The position numbers were made by a program, and so were the translations under genes. From assembly GCA_020184695.1 (NCBI GenBank), contig JAANOX010000061.1, positions 599,148 through 663,147 of the forward strand: a stretch of 64,000 bases of DNA, read 5' to 3'. Shown piece by piece: positions 1 through 10,401 of this stretch. This DNA is from Histomonas meleagridis 2922-C6/04-290x (Eukaryota; Protista; Parabasalia). The notes under the pieces are model-generated. The model saw only the letters and a list, made by a program, of their open reading frames with translations, ran no database searches and was not told where the DNA came from. Every line of letters begins with the position of its first letter. Positions within the stretch are counted from its first letter, which is position 1.

Positions 1-2136
1 TTTTGTTCAGCTGATATCGAACAAATATTGACGAAAAGAGCTACAGTTTATAAAGAAGATATTGTAGCTGGAGGTGGTTCAGTATTTGCTAAAGCTTCAT
101 TTAATGTAGATGAAGATGATATTGATGTTAATGCGCCTGATTTTTGGTCGAAAGTATTACCGGAATCACAAAGTTTAGAAAGTTTAGATGAAGAAGATGA
201 TTTAAAGGTACGAAAATGTCGGCAAAATCATGTAAATAATTTTGAAATTGATAAAAGAATTAAAATCAAGAAAATCATTAATAAGATGATTAATCATGGG
301 TTAGTTAATCTTGATGAAGATCATGAAAAATATTCAAAAATTATATTACGGATAGCGTTATCAGTCCATGAATGTAATGATAAAAATTCATATATTATAT
401 TACGACATGTAATTCGTGAAAGTATCAAAAATTTAATTGCAATTGAAATAGAAGATCCAGTTAAAGAATATGGAGAAACAGCATTTATCGTTGAAGAAAG
501 AGCAGATGAAATAATGGAACGAGTTGCATTTTTCTTACGATTAGAAAGAGTTTTATATTTCATTCAAGGTAATATTGAAGAATGGCCTTCAATATTTCCA
601 ATATGGGAAAGTCCAGAATATGAATATGCATTAATGTTAGGTGTATATAATTATGGATGGAAAGATTTAATACAAATTATTAATGATCCTATTTTAGGTT
701 TAAGTGAAACTAAACCTTTAAAAAGATCAGCGATTGAAAGACGTGTACAAAAACTTTATGAAGAAATAGAAAAACAATTTAATACTGAGAAATATTTCAT
801 ACCGAAATATATTATTACTGAAAATAAATTAAAATTTGCTGTGCCGAAAATTTGGAAGAAATCACATAAAAAGTTATTAGCACGTGAATTTTTATATGAA
901 CATGAATTTGAATATTTAATCCAAACAATTACTTCTTATGGATTACCGAAAATTGATATTTCGAATTATGATTTTGAACGAATTAAATTATTATCGAATT
1001 TAACTTGTGTTGTTTTATCTACAATACAAAACACAATTGAAGATTTATTAAGTTATCTTCAAAATGAATATTCAACAACAGAATTTGCACTTGATGACTT
1101 AGTTGACTTTAAAGGTTATCAAAGTTTAAATAACTTTTCCGAAGTAATTACTTATCGACAATTAAAAAAGGCTTATCAATCAATTCGAGAAATGGAAGTA
1201 ATTTATGATTTCTTAATCGAAGCTACACCCAAACATTGGGCATTAATTAAAAATGTTCCACATAATAAACAATTACCGAATTGGTGGGGCCATGAAGAAG
1301 ATGAAGCATTAATACGTGCATTAGGTCAATATGGATTATCAATAATTTCGACATTTATCATTGATCCACATTTACCTTTTCGTAAACATATTCCACGTAT
1401 AGCTGTTTCTCTTGTCGAAAAACATGCGAAAGCTGAAAAACGTGGAACAAATTCAAAATTTAATCGACCGAAACAAGAAGTTGGTACATTAAGTTATATC
1501 TATCGAGAAAGATCACGTATAAATCGAGCGTTAACAGTAATAAAATATGTTAATGAACGATTTAAAGAGTTACAAACAAAACAAACATTAACCAAAAAGA
1601 AAAAATCGAAAGTGAATATTTATGTTTCAAGACCTACAACACGACTTTTGATTATATCTTATGGAGATATTAAATTAAATCCGAATTTCTCATTCGAAAA
1701 ATTCGATTTCCCGCCGGGTTATCAATGTGATCGAATGTACGTAGGAAAAAGTGATAATACTTTAATATGGTATAGATGTGAAATTTTGGATGGCGGTGAT
1801 TACCCGATTTTTAAGGTAATAATTAACGCTGATGATAAGAAAAATAAAATAGAAGTCGAAGCTGATTCAATCGATGGAATAGCAAAGAAAATTATGAAAG
1901 TTTTGAAGTTTAAAGATAATAAATCAAAAGATGAATTCGAAACTGGTATAAAGTTATTCGGATTAAATAACCCAACTGTAATGAGAGTGTTGGGAGGAAT
2001 GAAGGAAAATTGTTTGGAAGAAGAAAACGTCGAAAATAATGAAGAAGAAGATGACGAGAAAACTCCAAATTTCGAAATAATTATGCCTTCTTTCGATAGA
2101 GCATTGTTCCATAATAAAAAGATAGAACATATCTAA
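1..2136 (+). CDS. CHD-family chromatin remodeller, 3' part (5'-partial) with C-terminal FYRN/FYRC-like domain
   Basis: Frame is open from base 1 (FCSADIEQILTKRA...FAKASF...DVNAPDFWSKVLP), like the post-helicase region of CHD6-9. SANT-like WWGHEEDEALIRALGQYG; FYR-like LIISYGDI...FPPGYQCDR...YRCEILDGG and GIKLFGLNNPTV. Confidence 0.8.
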   Translation, partial: FCSADIEQILTKRATVYKEDIVAGGGSVFAKASFNVDEDDIDVNAPDFWSKVLPESQSLESLDEEDDLKVRKCRQNHVNNFEIDKRIKIKKIINKMINHGLVNLDEDHEKYSKIILRIALSVHECNDKNSYIILRHVIRESIKNLIAIEIEDPVKEYGETAFIVEERADEIMERVAFFLRLERVLYFIQGNIEEWPSIFPIWESPEYEYALMLGVYNYGWKDLIQIINDPILGLSETKPLKRSAIERRVQKLYEEIEKQFNTEKYFIPKYIITENKLKFAVPKIWKKSHKKLLAREFLYEHEFEYLIQTITSYGLPKIDISNYDFERIKLLSNLTCVVLSTIQNTIEDLLSYLQNEYSTTEFALDDLVDFKGYQSLNNFSEVITYRQLKKAYQSIREMEVIYDFLIEATPKHWALIKNVPHNKQLPNWWGHEEDEALIRALGQYGLSIISTFIIDPHLPFRKHIPRIAVSLVEKHAKAEKRGTNSKFNRPKQEVGTLSYIYRERSRINRALTVIKYVNERFKELQTKQTLTKKKKSKVNIYVSRPTTRLLIISYGDIKLNPNFSFEKFDFPPGYQCDRMYVGKSDNTLIWYRCEILDGGDYPIFKVIINADDKKNKIEVEADSIDGIAKKIMKVLKFKDNKSKDEFETGIKLFGLNNPTVMRVLGGMKENCLEEENVENNEEEDDEKTPNFEIIMPSFDRALFHNKKIEHI

Positions 2137-2447
2137 ATAAATTTTTTATGATTTAAATATTATATATATACTCATGTCACTTTTAAAATTTTTATAGCGC
2201 TACTTTTTCAATTCAAAACAATCAAAACAAGTCAAAGAACTCAATATGATGTTTATTAAGATTCCGATTTCTGTCCGTGCTTGGATTGACTCTCACATAT
2301 ATGACATAGCATTCAGATCTCTTTGCAAAATTTTGTAAACGTAACAAAGCATAAATAAATTTTGGGTAAAAATTTATTATTTATTTATTTATAAAACATT
2401 TCATGAAAAAGTGGAAATTGACGATAGATGCGAATTGACAAGGTTTG

Positions 2448-3785
2448 TCAAATAAAACAAAACAATTCATTGTCCCTGTTTTGGGAGTAGGGCATTGGTT
2501 CAATATCATCCAATGCACTTTCTAATTCCGATGTACTATTGGTTAGGTAGTTTAAGTGTTCATTCATTTCATCGATCACTGATTTAAAACCATTTGCAAA
2601 TACTGCTTCAAGTGCTTTATTGTTATACGCTCTATTAATGGTCCTTTCGATATTGATTGGAGTTTTATAACTCAATGTAATTGATGTGATTTGATCTAAC
2701 AATGCATCATCGCCTTCTTTTATAGCTTCTTCTTTCATATAATTACGAAGCTTAATGCCTATAGCTTCTTGGATGTCGCGGTTGGTTATTAACATATTAA
2801 ATTTGTCTTCAAACATTGGATCACTTCTCATTTCAAAAATGAATTTCACTAAGAGTTCGATTTCTTGATTGTGGCTGTCACTAACAAGAAGCATAATGAA
2901 AGAATCATTAAATATGTTATTAAATTGATCAAAATAAAAGTTGAAATGTGGACAATTAAATGGATAATTCAAACATTCCAAAAGTTCCACAATGAGATAA
3001 TTCATATAATCATTAATATAATATGTGTTACGAAATGTGAGAAAAACAGAATGTGCGATCTCCATTTTTCCTGGATTATTTTTACATTTAGGAATAATTG
3101 TCATAAGTTCATGATTAAGTTCTTGAAGAACACGGTTCCCTTTTCGATATTGGTCATTGAGAAAGTCATCAAAAAGACGCCTACGCCTGTGTAAAGGATT
3201 TTGGAAAATTTGTTTTATCAAATTTGAATAGAAACCGTTAAAGCACTTCAACATTTCGATGCAATCATCGCTTCCGCAATGACACGAAACGCATGATTGA
3301 CAAAGACCACATACACCATTCATTAGTGGTAAAAGATAATCATCGTAGAAATTGATTAAGGTGATAAGGCTTTGAGATATGAAATAAATAAAGCGTGAGA
3401 GATAACAGAGAATTATGTGGTTGTGAAGCTCCATTTCGTTGTTTAGCTTCTGTAGATTTTCAATTGCTTTGATTAGGCTTTCAACATTATTTTCAAGAAT
3501 TTTGTTCTCATTATTGGGATCTAGAAATACTTTGCTCCAAAAATTTAAGATTTGTTTCTTTGGGATAAGACAGATTGCAATGTAAATAGGAGTGTAATCA
3601 ATAGTATCATCAATGTGTTGTTGTGTATCTTCGATCTTTGACTTAAAATTCTGAATTACAGACTCCTCATTTAGCCCCTTTTTGCTTAAAACATTGTATA
3701 GATTGCTTACGGCTCTTTCAAATAATTCAAAAGATGTTTTTTGTGATTCATATTTATAGATGGTTCGAATTACATTTTCCTTCAC
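2448..3785 (-). CDS. hypothetical protein; frame stays open upstream to about 3902 without an ATG
   Basis: 445-aa ORF annotated from GTG; 39 further sense codons upstream (ETLFLNGHLP...NDWT); no recognisable family. Confidence 0.65.
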   Translation of the reverse strand: MKENVIRTIYKYESQKTSFELFERAVSNLYNVLSKKGLNEESVIQNFKSKIEDTQQHIDDTIDYTPIYIAICLIPKKQILNFWSKVFLDPNNENKILENNVESLIKAIENLQKLNNEMELHNHIILCYLSRFIYFISQSLITLINFYDDYLLPLMNGVCGLCQSCVSCHCGSDDCIEMLKCFNGFYSNLIKQIFQNPLHRRRRLFDDFLNDQYRKGNRVLQELNHELMTIIPKCKNNPGKMEIAHSVFLTFRNTYYINDYMNYLIVELLECLNYPFNCPHFNFYFDQFNNIFNDSFIMLLVSDSHNQEIELLVKFIFEMRSDPMFEDKFNMLITNRDIQEAIGIKLRNYMKEEAIKEGDDALLDQITSITLSYKTPINIERTINRAYNNKALEAVFANGFKSVIDEMNEHLNYLTNSTSELESALDDIEPMPYSQNRDNELFCFI

Positions 3786-4034
3786 TGTCCAATCGTTTTT
3801 GAAATAAAGCTTTATTAAGTATGTCTTCTCATCTGGAGTTAAGAGTTTGTCTTCCTTCTTCTTTGTTTTCGTTGGTAAATGACCGTTTAAAAATAATGTC
3901 TCAAAAAAAATGAAAAAAAAAAAAGCAAAATGAAAATTTTTCGTTTACAAAATTAGGGATGTTATGTAATGGACAATTACATTTTGAGTGTGAAACTGTT
4001 TTGTGAAAAATGAATATGAATTTTTTTAATATAT

Positions 4035-4406
4035 TTATTCAAGAAGAGCGCCAAAAATAACTGCAACAACAAGATAAGTTGAACCTTCAACAGAAACTGT
4101 TGCATAGTTGTCATGCTCTGGATCCCATAAACACATTGATCCCTGGAAGAAAGATTGGCCCATCTTTTCACTTAATGTAACATGTACAGAATATTTATAA
4201 CGAGCTGGTATATAACTTTTGAGCTCTTTTAATATTTTGTCAGTAACTTCTTTTAGATCTATTGGTGATTGTTTTGGATCATATTTATATGTTTCTTTTG
4301 GAAATTTTTCTTCAAGAATTTCTTTTGTTTTTGTCTTAACAACTGACACTGGAAATGTACCTGATGGTAATTGATATGAGTTTTCCATCATAACTTGTTG
4401 ACTCAT
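4035..4406 (-). CDS. Tctex-1 family dynein light chain (TCTEX1D2-like)
   Basis: ENSYQL N-terminal motif, RYKYSVHVTLSE, SMCLWDPEHDNYATV, YLVVAVIFG. Confidence 0.9.
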   Translation of the reverse strand: MSQQVMMENSYQLPSGTFPVSVVKTKTKEILEEKFPKETYKYDPKQSPIDLKEVTDKILKELKSYIPARYKYSVHVTLSEKMGQSFFQGSMCLWDPEHDNYATVSVEGSTYLVVAVIFGALLE

Positions 4407-4513
4407 TTTATTTTGTTGGATTTCACTCAGTTTGTTTAGAATAAATAACGTACACAGACATAACGACGAACAGACTCAGTGAATTTTTAAAACGATACAT
4501 AAAGCAAAAGGGT

Positions 4514-5029
4514 TTAAACCAAAACTTTAAGGAATTCCTCTGCACATTTACGTGCTCTCTTATTTAATGTGACCTTCATGTCGGATATTTCCTTATCTAC
4601 ATCTTGAAGGAATATCATGATAAAATCAATTAATTTTAATAAGATCATTTGCTCAACATGAATATTCGTTATTAAAAACGAAATATCATAGCCTTTGATG
4701 GGCTTGCGACGGAGAATCCTAAATTGGTCAGCTCTCTGACATAAGAATCTCATGAACATTTTTGCCAAAAGTGTATCAACTTCATCAAGTTGTTGAACTT
4801 TAACAGAAATTCGAACACTATTAATAGCTGTTTCGATGTAAACGCATTCAATTTCGGATCTGGCAACCATTATTGGATGCCCAATGATTTCTTGCGACGA
4901 TTTCGTTAGCGTTTCAATTTCAGGTTTATTATGTCTTTCTACATCTTGTGATGCAAAATTACGTAGACAAAGTGATGAATATAATGAACGACGAATCGCA
5001 TTTAAATATGGCTGATGACTTTTAGTCAT
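4514..5029 (-). CDS. ARPC4: Arp2/3 complex subunit 4 (p20)
   Basis: CLRNFASQDVERHNKPEIE, IETAINSVRISVK, FMRFLCQRADQFRILRRKPIKGYDISFLITN. Confidence 0.97.
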   Translation of the reverse strand: MTKSHQPYLNAIRRSLYSSLCLRNFASQDVERHNKPEIETLTKSSQEIIGHPIMVARSEIECVYIETAINSVRISVKVQQLDEVDTLLAKMFMRFLCQRADQFRILRRKPIKGYDISFLITNIHVEQMILLKLIDFIMIFLQDVDKEISDMKVTLNKRARKCAEEFLKVLV

Positions 5030-5399
5030 TTAAAATAATTATTTTGATTAAATGACCATTTGTATTGGTTTTGAAATTGTAAAAACAAAATTTTATGATA
5101 AATTAGGACATAACACTGCACGTGAAAAATCATTATTAAAAAAACTTGTAAAGAGGTGAAAACATAAAAATTTTTATCGACTGAAACTTGCATGCAAACC
5201 TTTGGAAATCATTAAGAGCTAAAAAAAAAAAAAAATTATTACTTTTATTGATTTTTCTTCTTCGTTAGAAGTACCCTCAACGAAAGTAGTGTCACCGCTT
5301 TCTAAATGTGGATTAACTAAAAACACAACTGATAAATGAATATGTAAATATGTAATGGGACGCATATTACAATAATCATAATTCGGAGATATAACAGAT

Positions 5400-5745
5400 T
5401 CTGGATTTCATAATCAGGATCATTACGAGATAATGGATCATCTTATCGTCAATAATGAAATGAAGTAATGCAACAGGAGTTATCTGAAGCAAATATCCAT
5501 TCACCAGCTTTACAATTTGGAATTTTTAATGTTTTCATCATCTGATTTGAAAATAAGTAATCATATGCATTTTCTAAATTTCCCATACCAAAATTTTCAC
5601 TTTTTGTTATTGAAAGAAATATTTTCCACAAATTGTTAATTTTGTAATTGATGCACATGAAGAAAATACATAATCAACTGCTTCAGTTAAATCTGGAAAT
5701 ATACATTCTACTAAATAAAAATTCGAATACTCTATTTCCATTTTA
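5400..5745 (-). pseudogene. degenerate fragment resembling BspA-like leucine-rich repeats
   Basis: Broken frames give VDYVFSSCASITKLTI and LKIPNCKAGEWIFA, loosely like TpLRR/BspA repeats; stops and frameshifts present. Confidence 0.3.
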
Positions 5746-6193
5746 TCAAATACACTCTCACCGATTATTTAATTTTTGGTAACTAACTAAAGTAAAAAGA
5801 AAAACAATTTGTAAATGCCAAATCATCAACGAATGTTATAACATTTAGAAATGCAATTTTATTTGCATAAATGCCAAAAATATTTATTTGTTTAATTTAG
5901 TGTTCATTTTAATAAAAAGCCTTTTGTAATTAACAAGAGTGGTTTTAAAATAATTTTGCTGATACAACAATTATAAATATTTATTCGAACTTTTTTTAAT
6001 TTATCTGTTGAAAAGTCATTAGTTTAAGGAAGTTTTCAATTTTTGGGCGAACATAGAACCGTATAAAGAACTATATCAATGTATGATTTTTTTTTCTGTT
6101 TTGATGACGCATCAACCGCATTTTAACTTTTTCATGGAAGTGGACGTTAATTTAGAAAACGGTTATTATTAAATAAAGTAGTCAAAACCCAAG

Positions 6194-7150
6194 ATGGGAG
6201 AAAGTCAAGTTTCCTCTAATTTCCCAGTTTCAATCAAAAAAGCACTGCCTGTTGTTATTATGGACACATTTGAAAACATCAGAGAAGATAACACAGATTT
6301 TCTTTTAAGTCAAATTGATGCTTCTGAAAAGAATGAAAAAGATATTCTTCGTGTTGTCTCATCCAAAGAAAAAGAAGATGTCCCTGTTCCAGATATCAAA
6401 AATGTTGAAGGGCCAAATGTTTTTTTAAGCTCTGGTGTTTTCTTTGAAGCCCCCGATCGTTGTTTTAATTTTGATAAAGATTATTTTGAGCCTCCGACAT
6501 ATAACGCTGATAAATCAGACCTTCTGTGGATTGAAGAATTCAACAAGAACCATAAATTTCTTAAAATTAGTGTTAAAGATCTTGAATACATCTTCAATAT
6601 TATCGAAAGTATTGTTAAAGATGGAGTATATGATGATCCAAAACTTCCTCAGGTTCTCTCTTTAGTGTCAGAACCTGCACCAGCATATGCAGTAATATCT
6701 GCCTTATATGAACATTGGCGCGAAAAAGATAAACAATATAACTCTGCAGTATCGTATCGTGAGTTTCCACCAGACCACTGTCATTTACGTCAATCTGCTT
6801 CAACTGCTCATCGAAGTGCGAATAAGATAAGAAAACAATTAAACGACAATGATTACTTAAAGCGACTCAGAAAGGAACTTAAAGAGATCCAGAGACAAAG
6901 GGCTGAAGCTCTTCGTGTTCTCAAGGCTCAAGAAGAAAGACAATTTGAAGATGAGATTTTTGTGCGACAAGCAATGAGGAAATTCCAGAAAAACAGTCAA
7001 TCGATATCTATGATATGTCTTCCAAAGCCTACGCCAAAGCATGAATTTGATGTTGTGAATCAACCAACATCGGTTACATCAACAACTTTACCAGAGCCAC
7101 CTTCGCATTCGTCTTTTTTGCAGTGGTGTCTGAAACAGACAAACATATAA
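6194..7150 (+). CDS. Enhancer-of-polycomb-like (EPL1/EPC N-terminal domain) protein
   Basis: YNADKSDLLWIEEFN...ISVKDLEYIFNIIE and ALYEHWREK resemble the EPL1 YDxDxxDxxWL and VYxYW motifs. Confidence 0.65.
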   Translation: MGESQVSSNFPVSIKKALPVVIMDTFENIREDNTDFLLSQIDASEKNEKDILRVVSSKEKEDVPVPDIKNVEGPNVFLSSGVFFEAPDRCFNFDKDYFEPPTYNADKSDLLWIEEFNKNHKFLKISVKDLEYIFNIIESIVKDGVYDDPKLPQVLSLVSEPAPAYAVISALYEHWREKDKQYNSAVSYREFPPDHCHLRQSASTAHRSANKIRKQLNDNDYLKRLRKELKEIQRQRAEALRVLKAQEERQFEDEIFVRQAMRKFQKNSQSISMICLPKPTPKHEFDVVNQPTSVTSTTLPEPPSHSSFLQWCLKQTNI

Positions 7151-7373
7151 TGAATTGTTATGTTTTACAAACAAATTGTTATTCAACACAAATTTTTGCG
7201 CATGGAATTATATTAAAATAAATCATGTTTTATAAAGATTTTCGGATATTTCCCATCTAATTTAATTTTTTTTTGTTGCTTCAATACTTTTTTGAAGAAA
7301 AAAAAATTTTTTTCTGTTGTAAAAAAATTAAAATGTTTACATACGGTTATTTAATGTGGTTGATCATTTAACA

Positions 7374-7380
7374 TCACATT
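7374..7380 (+). promoter_or_regulatory. initiator (Inr)-like element TCACATT
   Basis: Lies 7 nt before the ATG at 7388; matches the trichomonad Inr consensus TCA(+1)YTWY loosely. Confidence 0.4.
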
Positions 7381-7387
7381 TCAAGTC

Positions 7388-7990
7388 ATGAATAAAGTTA
7401 AGTCGAATGATTATTCAAGCCAAGAATATTGGGACTCAAAATATGCAGAAAAGGATACAATTTTTGAGTGGCTTGAAGACTACAAAGAACTGAGTCCATA
7501 TATAAATAAACATTTTTCCCATGATGCACACATTTTAATTCCTGGATGTGGGAATTCTGCAATCAGCGCTGATATGTATAGAGATGGTTTTATTCATATA
7601 GATAACATTGACTTTTCACCTGTATGTATTGAACAAATGAAAAGAAGATTTTCTGACCTTGATCAAATGACCTGGAAGGTGATGGACATAAAAAATATGG
7701 GGTTTCCTGATAATACATTTGATATTGTCTTTGATAAAGGAACCCTTGATGCACTTACATGTGGCGATGATGCAGAGACACAACTTTTCACTGCGTGTCA
7801 AGAATACATGCGAGTCCTTAAACCTGGCTGTATGGCCTACATTGTGTCATTTGGTCAAGCCCAAGATAGACTCGAATATTTTAACCCATCGAAAGACCAC
7901 CCATGGATATTCGAAGGGTTTGATCTTTTAGACCGAGAAATCGCGCCGCACTCGTACTATCATGTTTACAAGCTCCGAAAACCACAGTGA
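7388..7990 (+). CDS. class I SAM-dependent methyltransferase, EEF1AKMT4/ECE2/METTL13-N-like
   Basis: YSSQEYWDSKY...FEWL, ILIPGCGNS, IDNIDFS, FDIVFDKGTLDAL. Confidence 0.9.
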   Translation: MNKVKSNDYSSQEYWDSKYAEKDTIFEWLEDYKELSPYINKHFSHDAHILIPGCGNSAISADMYRDGFIHIDNIDFSPVCIEQMKRRFSDLDQMTWKVMDIKNMGFPDNTFDIVFDKGTLDALTCGDDAETQLFTACQEYMRVLKPGCMAYIVSFGQAQDRLEYFNPSKDHPWIFEGFDLLDREIAPHSYYHVYKLRKPQ

Positions 7991-8469
7991 ATTGTGAAAC
8001 ATGTTTTTGTTAAACTCTTTCTTTGAGAACTTATTTCACTACTATTAAAATACTCTAAATTATTTACGGGCAAATTAAATCGATTTATCGTTAGAATTAA
8101 GAGTACTTAATCATGAAGAAGTTGATGAAAATTATATTATCTTATAAAGAAGGAAATAAGACGATTTGTGATAATGTATCTTGAAGTTTTTCTTTGTCAA
8201 AAATTTTAATTTCATTAGGAAAAACCATCAGTTATTTTCATAGTCATTCCATCAACTAATGTACATAAAAAGTTTCTCAAAAGTTTTGAAAATAATGAAG
8301 AAAAAAAAAATTTAAAAGTAAATTTAACTTTGAGAATAATCATGTGATTGAGTCAAAAAAATTTCTTCTTAAATCTCATTTTGCATCACCTTACACTAGT
8401 AAACTGTGTGAAGAAAATTAATTGGTTTAAACTTTCCAAAGCATTTATATATTTTGCCTTATGATACAT

Positions 8470-8560
8470 AAGAAATAAAAAGGAGAAGATCATTATGAAG
8501 AACTACTAAAGAATTATTGGGAACTCCATAAGAATTATATTGAATACTTCAACTAAAGCT
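8470..8560 (+). pseudogene. relic fragment of the DUF3447-ankyrin family N-terminal region
   Basis: Translates YEELLKNYWELHKNYIE, compared with YEELSKNDWELHKQLIRE in the 10.6-kb paralog. Confidence 0.5.
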
Positions 8561-8817
8561 TGTTCAGCAAAATGATAATGAAAATAACTGATGGTTTTTC
8601 TAGAACGAACCAATAGCTTAGCCAAACTTTGATCAAAATTTAGGAAATATTTAATATATGCAATAAGTGTTCGTTCATTTCAAATTTGATCAATTTCCGA
8701 AAAATTATTTCAAAACTAAAATAAATAAAGGCCATCAATATTTACATTAAACATGCATGTGTACATTTGAACTTTAAAACTGTAAATATGAAAAGTTTAC
8801 TAAACACTAATTAGAGT

Positions 8818-9198
8818 TTAAAACAAACTATAAAAAGAATCTGAAAGGGGTTCGCAATCTTTAGCAGGCTTTAGAATCACAGTAAAAGATGATGTTAGGC
8901 CATTAACAAATAATGGTATGGATTCTGTGATTTCTTCATTTAAATCAATGATTGCTCCATCAAGAGGAAGCAAAAGATCACCTTTATCAGTTTGGCAATA
9001 GACAGTGTTTCTTTGTATTTCACTGCCAATTTGTGCATTAAATAACATTATTGAAGAAATTGTTTTCGCAAAGTTTGGATCAAGCGTCAAAACATATAAA
9101 CCATTTGGGAGGTGATGAACAATTTGTCTTCCATCTGTGAATGATTGGGTAAATCTGAGTTTCAATGCTCTTAGTTGTGAAGAATCAAGGTTCAGCAT
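8818..9198 (-). CDS. hypothetical protein (weak resemblance to the GCV-H/ABITRAM barrel-sandwich hybrid fold)
   Basis: 126-aa ATG ORF; LLLPLDGAIIDLNE segment is only suggestive. Confidence 0.55.
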   Translation of the reverse strand: MLNLDSSQLRALKLRFTQSFTDGRQIVHHLPNGLYVLTLDPNFAKTISSIMLFNAQIGSEIQRNTVYCQTDKGDLLLPLDGAIIDLNEEITESIPLFVNGLTSSFTVILKPAKDCEPLSDSFYSLF

Positions 9199-10388
9199 TG
9201 TGAGAATTGCAATTATAACGGTTCAAGCCTTAAATAGCTTTTGAGACACTTTTAAGATAATACATAGAACAGTGATTGCAACAAACTTTTTTTGGGAAAA
9301 ATTAAAGAAAAATCAATTTTTTTTAATAAACACATTTTTTCTTTTATTAATAACTTTTATAAAGATTATATAATATTACATGTGTAATTTAACTAATGAT
9401 TGATTTTCATTTTACATAGAGATTTTTATGGATATCTATAGATAGATATTCACTTATTTTTTAAGGAAATTAGTATGAAAAAAATTTATAGAAGTATGTT
9501 GATATCTTTATATGATTTGAATCAATATATTATTAATCGTAAATTCGAAAACACTTTTGATGACTACATATATTGCGCTTAAATTTAAAAGAAATGATTT
9601 TGAACATATAATAAATATAAAAAATGATGAAGATGTTTTTATTATCTAAGATTTTAATTAACTATAATATTTCAAGATAATTTATATCGGTTTATAAACA
9701 ATAGAAAATAATGGAATAATAAATTTTGATTAACGTTATGCTACTATTCTATAGATATGTATGGTATGTAGATTATCGATTTAAATTAGATAAGAAATCT
9801 GTGGGGCCAAATCGCCTGTTCTAGATTCTCGTGAAAATGGCGTTTTCATTCATTATCATCGGCATGTTGTACGTTAATGACATTTTTAGTTTTAACTAAC
9901 ATATCTCAATAAAGGAACAAGATATTTTCCAAATTCCTGTAGTGTTTCATTTTTTACATACGTTCCTTCATAAGTATCCTATTTTTAATGATAGAAAATT
10001 TGTTGATTTGATTAATGTTTTTTTTCTTATCTTTAGCTATTTTTAATTTCATAATGATTTAATCATAATTAATTCTATTGAAACTTCATGAGTCTCTTTT
10101 GCTTCTTCTATATTTTGTCGAAATGATTGAACATAATAATTATTTGCTTTTCCTTAATATTCTATGGATTGATTTATACATTCATGAAATTAACTCTATA
10201 TTGTAATAAACATATTTGTGGTAAATCTTGATTCATTTTTGCATAGAACAGTAAATGATTTCGATCGGAAATACGATATAAACCGTTCAGGAAAGGGAAG
10301 TTTCTAACCGCTCATTTCACATTGGCGGTTTATTTATATCAAAAAGTCGCATTATTTTCAAAAAGTGCATTTTTATTCAAATTTTTAA

Positions 10389-10395
10389 TCATTTC
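10389..10395 (+). promoter_or_regulatory. Inr-like element TCATTTC
   Basis: Lies 6 nt before the ATG at 10402. Confidence 0.45.
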
Positions 10396-10401
10396 TTTCT
10401 G

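Noticed and set aside
3833-3843. TTAACTCCAG resembling the 3' end of the 23-nt intron
   Set aside because: No GTAT donor at a suitable distance and no upstream ATG exon; it lies in an open frame (LLTPD).
9480-10250. Coding-like relic upstream of ankyrin gene 1
   Set aside because: Multiple stops and no recognisable family.
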